A DNA stretch of 64,000 nucleotides from Heterodontus francisci (Eukaryota). The notes below the pieces were generated by a model. The model did not search any database, was not told the origin of the DNA, and saw only the letters and a program-made list of their open reading frames with translations. Location: positions 31,382,437 through 31,446,436 of the forward strand of contig NC_090409.1 of NCBI RefSeq assembly GCF_036365525.1, read 5' to 3'. Position numbers and translations under genes: made by a program. This document shows, one piece after another, positions 1 through 14,360 of the stretch (positions are counted from its first letter, which is position 1; each line of letters opens with the position of its first letter).

Positions 1-3000
1 TTTAGATCCACGGACGGAGTGTATGTTAATCATTTAGATACACGGATGGATGGTGTGTTAATCATTTAGATACACGGACGGAGTGTGTGTTAATCATTTA
101 GATACACGGACAGAGTGTGTGTTAATCATTTAGATACATGGACGGAGTGTGTGTTAATCATTTAGATACACGGACGGAGTGTGTGTTAATGATTTAGATC
201 CACGGACGGAGTGTGTGTTAATCATTTAGATACACGGATGGATGGTGTGTTAACTGTTCAGATACACAGACGGAGTGTGTGTTAATCATTTAGATGGACA
301 GACGGAGTGTGTGTTAACTGTTCAGATACACAGACGGAGTGTGTGTTAATCATTTAGATACATGGATGGAGTGTGTGTTAATCATTTAGATACACGGACG
401 GAGTGTGTGTTAATGATTTAGATCCACGGACGGAGTGTATGTTAATCATTTAGATACACGGATGGATGGTGTGTTAACTGTTCAGATACACAGACGGAGT
501 GTGTGTTAATCATTTAGATGGACAGACGGAGTGTGTGTTAACTGTTCAGATACACAGACGGAGTGTGTGTTAATCATTTAGATACATGGATGGAGTGTGT
601 GTTAATCATTTAGATACACGGACGGAGTGTGTGTTAATGATTTAGATCCACGGACGGAGTGTATGTTAATCATTTAGATACACGGATGGATGGTGTGTTA
701 ATCATTTAGATACACGGACGGAGTGTGTGTTAATCATTTAGATACACGGACAGAGTGTGTGTTAATCATTTAGATACATGGACGGATTGTGTGTTAATCA
801 TTTAGATACACAGACGGAGTGTGTGTTAATCATTTAGATACATGGATGGATGGTGTGTTAACTGTTTAGATACACAGACGGAGTGTGTGTTAATCATTTA
901 GATACACGGACGGAGTGTGTGTTAATCATTTAGATACACGGACGGAGTGTGTGTTAATCATTTAGATGCACGGATGGAGTGTGTGTTAATCATTTAGATA
1001 CATGGACGGAGTGTGTGTTAATCATTTAGATACACGGACGGAGTGTGTGTTAATCATTTAGATACACGGACGGAGTGTGTGTTAATCATTTAGATACACG
1101 GATGGAGTGTGTGTTAATTATTTAGATACACGGACGGAGTGTGTTAATCATTTAGATACACGGATGGAGTGTGTGTTAATTATTTAGATACACGGATGGA
1201 GTGTGTGTTAATTATTTAGATACACGGATGGAGTGTGTGTTAATCATTTAGATACACGGACGGAGTGTATGTTAATCATTTAGATACACGGACAGAGTGT
1301 GTGTCAATCATTTAGATACACGGATGGAGTGTGTGTTAATCATTTAGATACACGGATGGAGTGTGTGTTAATCATTTAGATACACGGACGGAGTGTGTGT
1401 TAATCATTTAGATACACGGACGGAGTGTGTGTTAATCATTTAGATACACGGACGGGGTGTGTGTTAATCATTTAGATACACGGACGGAGTGTGTGTTAAT
1501 CATTTAGATACACGGACGGAGTGTGTGTTAATCATTTAGATACACGGACGGAGTGTGTGTTAATCATTTAGATACACGGACGGAGTGTGTGTTAATCATT
1601 TAGATACACGGATGGAGTGTGTGTTAAACATTTAGATACACGGACGGAGTGTGTGTTAATCATTTAGATACACGGATGGAGTGTGTGTTAAACATTTAGA
1701 TACACGGACGGAGTGTGTGTTAATCATTTAGATACACGGACGGAGTGTGTGTCAATCATTTAGATACACGGACGGAGTGTGTGTTAATCATTTAGATACA
1801 TGGATGGAGTGTGTGTTAATCATTTAGATACACGGACGGAGTGTGTGTTAATGATTTAGATCCACGGACGGAGTGTATGTTAATCATTTAGATACACGGA
1901 TGGATGGTGTGTTAATCATTTAGATACACGGACGGAGTGTGTGTTAATCATTTAGATACACGGACAGAGTGTGTGTTAATCATTTAGATACATGGACGGA
2001 GTGTGTGTTAATCATTTAGATACACGGACGGAGTGTGTGTTAATGATTTAGATCCACGGACGGAGTGTGTGTTAATCATTTAGATACACGGACGGAGTGT
2101 GTTTTAATCATTTAGATACACGGACGGGGTGTGTGTCAATCATTTAGATACACGGACGGAGTGTATGTTAATTATTTAGATACACGGACGGAGTGTGTTT
2201 TAATCATTTAGATACACGGACGGAGTGTGTGTCAATCATTTAGATACACGGACGGAGTGTGTGTCAATCATTTAGATACACGGACGGAGTGTGTGTTAAT
2301 TATTTAGATACATGGATGGAGTGTGTGTTAATCATTTAGATACACGGACGGAGTGTGTGTTAATCATTTAGATACACGGACGGAGTGTGTGTTAATCATT
2401 TAGATACACGGACGGAGTGTGTGTTAATCATTTAGATACACGGACGGAGTGTGTGTTAATCATTTAGATACACGGATGGAGTGTGTGTTAATCATTTAGA
2501 TACACGGACGGAGTGTGTGTTAATCATTTAGATACACGGATGGAGTGTGTGTTAAACATTTAGATACACGGACGGAGTGTGTGTTAATCATTTAGATACA
2601 CGGATGGAGTGTGTGTTAAACATTTAGTTACACGGACGGAGTGTGTGTTAATCATTTAGATACACGGACGGAGTGTGTGTCAATCATTTAGATACACGGA
2701 CGGAGTGTGTGTTAATCATTTAGATACATGGACGCAGTGTGTGTTAATCATTTAGATACACGGACGGAGTGTGTGTTAATGATTTAGATCCACGGACGGA
2801 GTGTATGTTAATCATTTAGATACACGGATGGATGGTGTGTTAATCATTTAGATACACGGACGGAGTGTGTGTTAATCATTTAGATACACGGACAGAGTGT
2901 GTGTTAATCATTTAGATACATGGACGGAGTGTGTGTTAATCATTTAGATACACGGACGGAGTGTGTGTTAATGATTTAGATCCACGGACGGAGTGTGTGT

Positions 3001-6000
3001 TAATCATTTAGATACACGGATGGATGGTGTGTTAACTGTTCAGATACACAGACGGAGTGTGTGTTAATCATTTAGATGGACAGACGGAGTGTGTGTTAAC
3101 TGTTCAGATACACAGACGGAGTGTGTGTTAATCATTTGGATACACGGATGGATGGTGTGTTAACTGTTTGGATACACAGACGGAGTGTGTGTTAATCATT
3201 TAGATACATGGATGGATGGTGTGTTAACTGTTTAGATACACAGACGGAGTGTGTGTTAATCATTTAGATACACGGATGGAGTGTGTGTTAATCATTTAGA
3301 TACACGGACGGAGTGTGTGTTAATCATTTAGATACACGGATGGAGTGTGTGTTAATCATTTAGATACATGGACGGAGTGTGTGTTAATCATTTAGATACA
3401 CGGACGGAGTGTGTGTTAATCATTTAGATACACGGACGGAGTGTGTGTTAATCATTTAGATACACGGATGGAGTGTGTGTTAATTATTTAGATGCACGGA
3501 CGGAGTGTGTTAATCATTTAGATACACGGATGGAGTGTGTGTTAATTATTTAGATACACGGATGGAGTGTGTGTTAATTATTTAGATACACAGATGGAGT
3601 GTGTGTTAATCATTTAGATGCACGGACGGAGTGTATGTTAATCATTTAGATACACGGACAGAGTGTGTGTCAATCATTTAGATACACGGATGGAGTGTGT
3701 GTTAATCATTTAGATACACGGATGGAGTGTGTGTTAATCATTTAGATACACGGACGGAGTGTGTGTTAATCATTTAGATACACGGACGGAGTGTGTGTTA
3801 ATTATTTAGATACACGGACGGGGTGTGTGTTAATCATTTAGATACACGGACGGAGTGTGTGTTAATCATTTAGATACACGGACGGAGTGTGTGTTAATTA
3901 TTTAGATACACGGACGGGGTGTGTGTTAATCATTTAGATACACGGACGGAGTGTGTGTTAATCATTTAGATACATGGACGGAGTGTGTGTTAATCATTTA
4001 GATACACGGACGGGGTGTGTGTCAATCATTTAGATACACGGACGGAGTGTATGTTAATTATTTAGATACACGGACGGAGTGTGTGTCAATCATTTAGATA
4101 CACGGACGGAGTGTGTGTTAATCATTTAGATACACGGATGGAGTGTGTGTTAATCATTTAGATACACGGATGGAGTGTGTGTTAATCATTTAGATACACG
4201 GACGGAGTGTGTGTTAATCATTTAGATACACGGATGGAGTGTGTGTTAATCATTTAGATACACGGACGGAGTGTGTGTCAATCATTTAGATACACGGACG
4301 GAGTGTGTGTTAATCATTTAGATTCACGGACGGAGTGTGTGTCAATCATTTAGATACACGGACGGAGTGTGTGTTAATCATTTAGATACACGGACGGAGT
4401 GTATGTCAATCATTTAGATACATGGATGGAGTGTGTGTTAATCATTTAGATACACGGATGGAGTGTGTGTTAATCATTTAGATACACAGATGGAGTGTGT
4501 GTTAATCATTTAGATACACGGACGGAGTGTGTGTCAATCATTTAGATACACGGACGGGGTGTATGTCAATCATTTAGATACACGGACGGAGTGTATGTTA
4601 ATTATTTAGATACACGGACGGAGTGTGTGTCAATCATTTAGATACACGGACGGAGTGTGTGTTAATCATTTAGATACACGGATGGAGTGTGTGTTAATCA
4701 TTTAGATACAAGGATGGAGTGTGTGTTATTCATTTAGATAAACGGACGGAGTGTGTGTTAATCATTTAGATACACGGATGGAGTGTGTGTTAATCATTTA
4801 GATACACGGACGGAGTGTATGTCAATCATTTAGATACATGGATGGAGTGTGTGTTAATCATTTAGATACACGGATGGAGTGTGTGTTAATCATTTAGATA
4901 CACAGATGGAGTGTGTGTTAATCATTTAGATACACGGACGGAGTGTGTGTCAATCATTTAGATACACGGACGGGGTGTGTGTCAATCATTTAGATACACG
5001 GACGGAGTGTATGTTAATTATTTAGATACACGGACGGAGTGTGTGTCAATCATTTAGATACACGGACGGAGTGTGTGTTAATCATTTAGATACACGGATG
5101 GAGTGTGTGTTAATCATTTAGATACAAGGATGGAGTGTGTGTTATTCATTTAGATAAACGGACGGAGTGTGTGTTAATCATTTAGATACACGGATGGAGT
5201 GTGTGTTAATCATTTAGATACTCGGACGGAGTGTGTGTCAATCATTTAGATACACGGACGGAGTGTGTGTTAATCATTTAGATTCACGGACGGAGTGTGT
5301 GTCAATCATTTAGATACACGGACGGAGTGTGTGTTAATCATTTAGATACACGGACGGAGTGTGTGTCAATCATTTCGATACATGGATGGAGTGTGTGTTA
5401 ATCATTTAGATACACGGATGGAGTGTGTGTTAATCATTTAGATACACGGATGGAGTGTGTGTTAATCATTTAGATACACGGACGGAGTGTGTGTCAATCA
5501 TTTAGATACACGGATGGAGTGTGTGTTAATCATTTAGATACACGGATGGAGTGTGTGTTAATCATTTAGATACACGGACGGAGTGTGTGTTAATCATTTA
5601 GATACACGGATGGAGTGTGTGTTAATCATTTAGATACACGGACGGAGTGTGTGTCAATCATTTAGATACACGGATGGAGTGTGTGTTAATCATTTAGATA
5701 CACAGACGGAGTGTGTGTTAATCATTTAGATACACGGACGGGGTGTGTGTTAATCATTTAGATACAGGGACGGAGTGTGTGTTAATCATTTAGATACATG
5801 GACGGAGTGTGTGTTAATCATTTAGATACACGGATGGAGTGTGTGTCAATCATTTAGATACACGGACGGAGTGTGTGTTAATCATTTAGATACGCGGACG
5901 GAGTGTGTGTTAATCATTTAGATACACGGACGGGGTGTGTGTCAATCATTTAGATACACGGACGGAGTGTATGTTAATTATTTAGATACACGGACGGAGT

Positions 6001-8600
6001 GTGTGTTCATCATTTAGATACACGGACGGAGTGTGTGTCAATCATTTAGATACACGGACGGAGTGTGTGTCAATCATTTAGATACACGGACGGAGTGTGT
6101 GTCAATCATTTAGATACACGGACGGAGTGTGTGTCAATTATTTAGATACACGGATGGAGTGTGTGTTAATCATTTAGATACACGGACGGAGTGTGTGTCA
6201 ATCATTTAGATACACGGACGGAGTGTGTGTTAATCATTTAGATACACGGATGGAGTGTGTGTTCATCATTTAGATACACGGACGGAGTGTGTGTCAATCA
6301 TTTAGATACACGGACGGAGTGTGTGTTAATTATTTAGATACACGGATGGAGTGTGTGTTAATCATTTAGATACACGGACGGAGTATGTGTTAATCATTTA
6401 GATACACGGACAGAGTGTGTCTCAATCATTTAGATACACGGATGGAGTGTGTGTTAATCATTTAGATACACGGATGGAGTGTGTGTTAATCATTTAGATA
6501 CACGGACAGAGTGTGTGTCAATCATTTAGATACACGGATGGAGTGTGTGTTAATCATTTAGATACACGGACGGACAGTGTGTGTTAATTATTTAGATACT
6601 CGGACGGAGTGTGTGTTAATCATTTAGATACACGGATGGAGTGTGTGTCAATCATTTAGATACACGGACGGAGTGTGTGTTAATTATTTAGATACACGGA
6701 TGGAGTGTGTGTCAATCATTTAGATACACGGACGGAGTGTGTGTTAATCATTTAGATACACGGACGGGGTGTGTGTTAATCATTTAGATACACGGACGGA
6801 GTGTGTGTTAATCATTTAGATACATGGATGGAGTGTGTGTTAATCATTTAGATACACGGATGGAGTGTGTGTCAATCATTTAGATACACGGACGGAGTGT
6901 GTGTTAATCATTTAGATACGCGGACGGAGTGTGTGTTAATCATTTAGATACACGGACGGGGTGTGTGTCAATCATTTAGATACACGGACGGAGTGTATGT
7001 TAATTATTTAGATACACGGACGGAGTGTGTGTTAATCATTTAGATACACGGACGGAGTGTGTGTCAATCATTTAGATACACGGACGGAGTGTGTGTCAAT
7101 CATTTAGATACACGGACGGAGTGTGTGTTAATTATTTAGATACACGGATGGAGTGTGTGTTAATCATTTAGATACACGGACGGAGTGTGTGTCAATCATT
7201 TAGATACACGGACGGAGTGTGTGTTAATTATTTAGATACACGGATGGAGTGTGTGTTAATCATTTAGATACACGGACGGAGTATGTGTCAATCATTTAGA
7301 TACACGGATGGAGTGTGTGTTAATCATTTCGATACACGGATGGAGTGTGTGTTAATCATTTATATACACGGACGGAGTGTGTGTCAATCATTTAGATACA
7401 CGGATGGAGTGTGTGTTAATCATTTAGATACACGGATGGAGTGTGTGTTAATCATTTAGATACACGGATGGAGTGTGTGTCAATCATTTAAATACACGGA
7501 TGGAGTGTGTGTTAATCATTTAGATACAGGGATGGAGTGTGTGTTAATCATTTAGATACACGGACGGAGTGTGTGTTAATCATTTAGATACACGGACGGA
7601 GTGTGTGTTAATCATTTAGATACACGGACGGAGTGTGTGTTAATCATTTAGATACACGGACGGAGTGTGTGTTAATCATTTAGATACACGGACGGAGTGT
7701 GTGTTAATCATTTAGATACACGGATGGAGTGTGTGTTAATCATTTAGATACACAGACGGAGTGTGTGTTAATCATTTAGATACACGGATGGAGTGTGTGT
7801 TAAACATTTAGATACACGGACGGAGTGTGTGTTAATCATTTAGATACACGGATGGAGTGTGTGTTAAACATTTAGATACACGGACGGAGTGTGTGTTAAT
7901 CATTTAGATACACGGACGGAGTGTGTGTCAATCATTTAGATACACGGACGGAGTGTGTGTTAATCATTTAGATACACGGACGGAGTGTGTGTTAATCATT
8001 TAGATACACGGATGGAGTGTGTGTTAATGATTTAGATCCACGGACGGAGTGTATGTTAATCATTTCGATACACGGATGGATGGTGTGTTAATCATTTAGA
8101 TACACGGACGGAGTGTGTGTTAATCATTTAGATACACGGACAGAGTGTGTGTTAATCATTTAGATACATGGACGGAGTGTGTGTTAATCATTTAGATACA
8201 CGGACGGAGTGTGTGTTAATGATTTAGATCCACGGACGGAGTGTGTGTTAATCATTTAGATACACGGATGGATGGTGTGTTAACTGTTCAGATACACAGA
8301 CGGAGTGTGTGTTAATCATTTAGATGGACAGACGGAGTGTGTGTTAACTGTTCAGATACACAGACGGAGTGTGTGTTAATCATTTGGATACACGGATGGA
8401 TGGTGTGTTAACTGTTCAGATACACAGACGGAGTGTGTGTTAATCATTTAGATACATGGATGGATGGTGTGTTAACTGTTTAGATACACAGACGGAGTGT
8501 GTGTTAATCATTTAGATACACGGATGGATGGTGTGTTAACTGTTTAGATACACAGACGGAGTGTGTGTTAGTTATTTAGATACGCAGATGGATGGTGTGC
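1..8600. repeat. 32-bp tandem minisatellite (consensus TTTAGATACACGGACGGAGTGTGTGTTAATCA), roughly 270 copies, probably intronic in gene A; continues off the left edge
   Basis: 32-nt periodicity visible from base 1 to ~8600. The unit length is not a multiple of 3 and contains TAA/TAG; no ORFs are called here. Confidence 0.98.
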
Positions 8601-8696
8601 CAATGTGTTGAATTGTAGTCAGAAGGATGCAGTCTCTGGTCTGATGCATTAACCATTACTTATCTCTCTCGTGATCTTCTTTTCCTGGTGGTTTAG

Positions 8697-8734
8697 TTGT
8701 GGAGAACATCCCCGCCAGTGTGGAAATGAATGAG
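8697..8734 (+). CDS. Gene A penultimate (cytoplasmic) exon, (x)VENIPASVEMNE
   Basis: Pyrimidine tract + tttag acceptor and GAG|gtacgt donor; 38 nt, phase 1->0. Same phase and similar size as gene B exon 7 (41 nt); joins in frame to the 9543 exon. Confidence 0.7.
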
Positions 8735-8963
8735 GTACGTGCTTCTAAAATATTTTCATCTGACAGTAAGGTATGACGGAGTCTATTACCAGTTTGAGTG
8801 CGGATTAAAACAATAAGCTACTGATGCTGTAATTTGTTAACAAGAGGGACGGCACTTGAAAATTTGAGGGATGAAACTAGCTTTTGGCTTTTGTCATGTT
8901 TGATTCTGGCTGATCAGTGGTGCAAGTGTTAAGGATTTTCCATTGAGCTTAGCTGTGTCATTC

Positions 8964-9330
8964 TTGGCTCAGTCAGCAGCCCCCTCACCTCTAAATCATA
9001 TGTTTCTGCGGTCAGATTCTCCTCCTGGGCTTGAGCATGAAAGTCAAGGCTGACACTTCAATGTAACACTGAAAGAGTGCTGCACTGTTGGAGGTGCTGT
9101 CTTTCAGGTGTGACTTTATACCAGGGTGCAGCCTGTTCTCTCAGGTGGTCACAGTAGATCCCATGGCCTCTATTCTGAAGGAAAGCATCGGATTTGAGTC
9201 CAGGACAATGTTTTGCCCGCAATGCATATCGCCATCGCGGGCTATCTGGTTGTTATCGATTTGCTGCCACCTTTATTCCATCGCTACAGTGACCACACTT
9301 CCTTGGCTGTACAAAGATGTGGGGTGTCCT
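8964..9330 (+). mobile_element. Degraded tRNA-derived DeuSINE/SacSINE1-like SINE
   Basis: tggctcagt A-box-like head and gtgctgcactgttggaggtgctgtctttc core shared with the copy at 50150; boundaries approximate. Confidence 0.55.
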
Positions 9331-9542
9331 ATAGCTGTGAATGTAAACACAAGTCTGTCTTTTTTTTCATTTTGCAGAGTTTTGTTTTCAGCTACAAATC
9401 CTGTCTGTCTAACGGGACATTGATACTGTCCTTACCTGCAGACGTGTGTATATTATTCATTGAGCAGAGTGTACGTTTGAAAGAAACTCTAGCATCTGTC
9501 GATAAGGTAATCACCGTGGTCAAACATGTCTTCCTTCAATAG

Positions 9543-9668
9543 TGTCACCGGGAGATTGTGTATGCATCGCTGAATTTGCACCAGCAAGAAGTAGGAGCTA
9601 CCACAAGGAGAACAGAAGTCCAGCTTGACTCAGAAGGCACTATATATGGCGTTGTCAAACAGAACTAG
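9543..9668 (+). CDS. Gene A terminal exon: CHREIVYASLNLHQQEVGATTRRTEVQLDSEGTIYGVVKQN* (ITIM + ITSM tail)
   Basis: ttccttcaatag acceptor, 42 codons to TAG. IVYASL is identical to the gene B ITIM and TIYGVV fits ITSM TxYxxV. Paralogous to gene B last exon. Confidence 0.85.
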   Translation, partial: CHREIVYASLNLHQQEVGATTRRTEVQLDSEGTIYGVVKQN

Positions 9669-10510
9669 ATTTATTCCACATTTTCTTTTTGATATTTTCA
9701 TCTCTGATGTGTTGCTGAAGCTGAACGCTGACGGTAAAGATAGCCAGATACATTTATACGGGACCCCGCATTGTGGCAGAGTTTAGACCTCGATGAAATT
9801 GTTAAGTTTTAACTCTGTTTTTTTCTGCCCCTTCGCTGCTCCTAACTCGAATCTTGCAGCAATGGCATTGGATGCACAGCTTGTATTTTTATCACTCTGT
9901 AACAATGAGGCATTATCCCTGTGGACGAAGCTGATCAAAAGGTGACAGGTCTGTGCTGTGAGCCACAGTCTGTGTATGAAGGATCCCTCCCGCAGCAGAT
10001 GGAGGGGCTCTAAGCCTGTGTCTCTGGACGCTCATGTGATCTGGAATGAGCTTGTTTGCTGAGAATAAAATCATGCAGTCGTGTGAATTTACAGCAGGGA
10101 AGGAGGCCATTCGGCCCATCGTGTCTGTGCCGGCCACACAACATTCAGCCTAATCCCACCTTCCAGCACCCGATCTGTAGGTCACGATAGCTCAAGTGAA
10201 TATCCAAGTACTTTTTAAAAGTGGTGGGTGGGGTGGGGGGGGGGGCGGTGGGTTTCTACCACCATTTTAGGCAGTGAGTTTCAGACCCCCACCTAATTCT
10301 GGGTGTCAGCTTTTCTCCTTCACTTCCCCCTGTCCCCTGCTTCCATTACTATAAATATATGCCCACTGTTTATTGATCAAGTCATTATTGTTGCTGTTGC
10401 TATCACTGTGCATTGTTGTAAAGTCTTGCTGCCATAATTTGAAATACCAAAGTCCTATATTAAACATTGTGTACCCGAATGGATGCCAAATAACATATGT
10501 TAGTTAGTTC

Positions 10511-10850
10511 GAGATACAGCACTGAAACAGGCCCTTCAGCCCACCGAGTCTGTGCCGACCATCAACCACCCATTTATACTAATCCTGCACTAATCCCATA
10601 TTCCTACCACATCCCCACCTGTTCCTATATTCCCCTACCACCTACCTATACTGGGGGCAATTTATAATGGCCAATTTACCTATCAGCCTGCACGTCTTTT
10701 GGCTTGTGGGAGGAAACCGGAGCACCCGGAGGAAACCCACGCAGACACAGGGAGAACTTGCAAACTCCACACAGGCAGTACCCAGAATCGAACCCGGGTC
10801 GCTGGAGCTGTGAGGGCTGCGGTGCTAACCACTGCGCCACTGTGCCGCCC
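10511..10850 (-). mobile_element. HE1/V-SINE-type tRNA-derived SINE
   Basis: Reverse strand begins gggcggcacagtggcgcagtggttagcaccgcagcc (tRNA-like A box), followed by a ggttcgattc B box, V-domain-like core and CR1-like tail. Confidence 0.85.
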
Positions 10851-12024
10851 CCCTCATATGAACTCAGTTATGCGGAGTTTAGTTTTAATAATCAGAGGGA
10901 AATATATTAAAGCTCTGAGAACATGCATGGCAGACTGGTGTGATGATTTGATCATTGTCTATTGTGGCAGATTTGTGATCGCCATCTCAATAAACATCCA
11001 CAAAGTGAAACAGAGTTTCATTCCCCTCAGCGCTATGTGCTGCACCTGTGTTGTCCTCTCGTTCCTGACAGTGTGTCCACCTAACAAATTGACAGGCACA
11101 TTCGATGCCTATCTGTTTGTCGATAATCTTGGATTGTTTAGGACGGTCACACCGTCAGCTCTCTTAGAAACTGCCGGACCATAGAGTCATAGCACAGGGT
11201 GAGGACCTTCAGCCCATCGTGCTTGGCTGTGCCAATTCATTGCTCGAGCTACCTAATTCGATCCACTGTCCCCGGTCCTACCTCCATCGCCTTGTAATTC
11301 TGTTTTCTTTTTCCATCAAGTATCTATCCGATTCTATTTTGTAAGTCACCATTGAATCTGCTTCCACCAACTTTTCAGGCAGTGCATCCCAGATCAAACT
11401 CATTAATTATAAAACAACTTCATATCACCTCTGGGTCGATGGAGTTAAGACACGGATCAGCCACGACCTAATAGGGCAGTGGAGGAGGTTCCTGGTGCGG
11501 AACAGCTTCCTGCCATTCCTCTGTGCCTTGTTCCCATATCCAATTCCAGTAAGTCTTTTCCGCACCCTCTACAAGGCTTAGACATCCTAAAGTGTGGTGC
11601 CGAGAATTAAACACAATAATCTAGCTGAGGCCTAACCAGTACATTATACAGGTTTAGCACCACTTCCTTGCTTGTGTGCACTCTAAGTCTCTACTAATAA
11701 AGGCAAGGATCTCCCACTCTTTTTAACAATCTGATCGACTTGTACTGCCACCGATAAAGGTTTGTGTGCATACGCCCCTAGGATTTTCTGTTCCTGCATC
11801 CCCTTTAAAATTATACCCTTATCCACTATTCTTTCAATCGTTTTGGTCTTCTAAACTGTCCTTTCCAGCTGCTGCAGTAAATTAAGAGAGAACGCTGCAG
11901 TTCTGTCACAGACCCACTCTCTCCTTGTGTGTGTCTCATGCTCCAACCGCCAAAGTTCATTAACGGGCTGGGTCATTTTCTGCTTTGCCCTCATGTTTTT
12001 TCAAATATGTATTTTTTTATTTAT

Positions 12025-12337
12025 TTAGAGATACTGCACTGAAACTGGCCCTTCGGCCCACTGAGTCTGTGCTGACCAACGACCACCCATTTATACTAAT
12101 TCTACATTAATCCCATATTCCCTACCACATCCCCACCATCTACCTGCACTAGGGGCGATTTACAACAGCCAATTTACCTATCAACCAGCAAGCCTTTGGC
12201 TGTGGGAAGAAACCAGAGCACCTGGTGAAAACCCACGCGGTCACAGGGAGAACTTGCAAACACCGCACAGGCAGTACCCAGAACCGAACCCGGGTTGCTG
12301 GAGCTGTGAGGCTGCGGTGCTAACCACTGTGCCGCCC
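12025..12337 (-). mobile_element. HE1/V-SINE-type SINE (second copy)
   Basis: Highly similar to 10511-10850. Confidence 0.85.
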
Positions 12338-13889
12338 AGCTTGGAGCTTCATGTCTGTTCCTGCGATGAGACCTCTGCATTCACTCTCCCAATTCTCACC
12401 CATTGGTCAGTGTACTGACAATCCTGACTCCCCCTCTCTCTCTCTCTGTAGCTGAGCAGGCCCTGATGTCAGTTTTTTTTCTCCTTCACTAAACCAGGCT
12501 CTCTGCTTCTGTGTTTCTGTGAATACAATTTGTCCCAGGGAAGAGTATACATTTCCTGATGCAATCTGGATCTGGGTAAACACGGACTCTTGCAGATCCA
12601 ATTGGAATGCAACTCTGTTTTTTTATGGATAGGGATTCATAGCTGAGCACCTGGGAAGTGATCAAAGTGCTTGGGGCTGCCCCTTTCGAATTGGAATAAA
12701 TCTCACCAATGTAGAATGTGCAAAATCCGCATGACAGCAAAGTTGGAAATGCGCCTCCAAGTGGCAAGACCTGTGCCGAATTGGAGGATGTGCCATCTCG
12801 ATCTTTGTAGGCAGGGAAGAAGGCGATTCTACCGGGAGGAATGCAGAGTCGATAAGGATTTCCGGGATATTGACGGAAATGATGTCATCCCACATGAGAA
12901 ACTATGTCTTCTCCTGATTCCAACATACCCACAGTTGGCATTGGTGGAATTTGTTTTTGGCTTTGATATGTTGGATTCAGTTTTGTGCATAACGGAGCTA
13001 ATGCTGCCGACGCGATGTGAAATAGACAATGACACTGATCCTATGAAACAGGAGGCTACCCTGCTGGAATCGTTCAACAACAACCTCCCAGGTACTAAGA
13101 AAACTGTTCGGTGCTTTCGCGGCGAGAGCTGCAGGAATAGTAGAATGCAGATATGCCCTTTATCGAAGTGTCAACTGTGGTTAAGTTGGTAGCCTCCTTG
13201 CTTTTGTGTTCGAAAGTTGCCAGTTCAAGTCCTACAGCAATGAGGGAGGAGTGCCTTGTGGGAACTGCTCTTCCACCGAGAGCTCAAACGAAAGTCAGAT
13301 CTACTCTGTTAGGTTGCCTCCGATTTCAAAGTGGACTGGGGGTTGGGGCTGGGTGGGGAGGTGTTGTTCTAGTTAATATCCCGTTCCTCATCCCAGGACC
13401 TTGCTGTGCGAAATCTTGTTTCCTGCGTTGCTGCACTTCAAAAATATACCTATTTACATTATCCTGAGCAAGTCATTTATTGAAACATAACCATCATTTT
13501 GATTGAAACTCTGCAAGAATTTAAAAAAAAAGCATCTTACTGAGCAGCAAATATACAGGGATGTCCCAAGGTCTCAGAGTGCACAAACTTTTCTGAACTG
13601 AAGGGAACATTTGTCTGAAGAATAAGGTGCCATTGTGGGGAGCTGACCAAATTAACTGTTGCAGCAGTATAGGCAAGAACACTTTTATCAAGAACGTGAG
13701 TGGGAGATTAGAAAGTCTAGTGGTTCATAGGGTAACAGCAAAAAGGGAACGGAATGGAAAGCAAATAGGTAACAACACCCAGATACTGTAAAAGGCAGAT
13801 AATAAAACAGATGCATATATTTAAATGCGGTGGAGGGCTCCCATTAGTTAGATGACTAAGATAGATGGATAGATAGAAAGATGATAGGT

Positions 13890-14360
13890 AAGAACACATA
13901 AGATGCAGGAGTAGGTCAGACAGCCCTTCGAGCCTTCTCCTCCATTCATTACAATCGTGGCTGATCTTAGGCTTCAATTCCACTTTCTTGCCCACTCCCC
14001 ATATCCCTTGATTCCCTAAGAAACCAAAAATCTGTCTATCCCAGCCTTAAATGTATTCAATGATGGAGCATCCACAACCCTCCGGGGCAGAGAATTCCAA
14101 AGATTCACAAGCCGATGAATGAAAAGAAAATCTCTTCACCTCACTCCTAACTGATCGCCCCCCCTTATCCTGAGACCCTGCCCCATGTTCTCGACTCCCC
14201 CAGCCAGGGGAAGCAAGCTCTCAGTGTCTACCCTATCCAGCCCCTTCAGAATCTTGTTTGGTTCAATCAGATCACCTCTTATTCTTCTGAACTCCAGAAG
14301 TGTAGGCCCAATTTACCCAGCCTCTCATCCCAGAGACCAATCTAGTGAACCTTCGCTGTA
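13890..14360 (-). mobile_element. CR1 LINE 3' fragment
   Basis: aagaacacataagatgcaggagtaggtc 3'-UTR signature followed by CR1 ORF2 C-terminal sequence on the minus strand. Confidence 0.7.

Noticed and set aside
1-8600. Regular 32-bp repeats as a CRISPR array or a coding repeat
   Set aside because: No unique spacers, eukaryotic context, and stops in all frames; it is a head-to-tail minisatellite.
9442-9506. Extra gene A exon (ctgcag|ACGTG...GATAAG|gtaatc)
   Set aside because: It gives an in-frame TGA in phase 0 and would leave only a 36-nt intron before the terminal exon.
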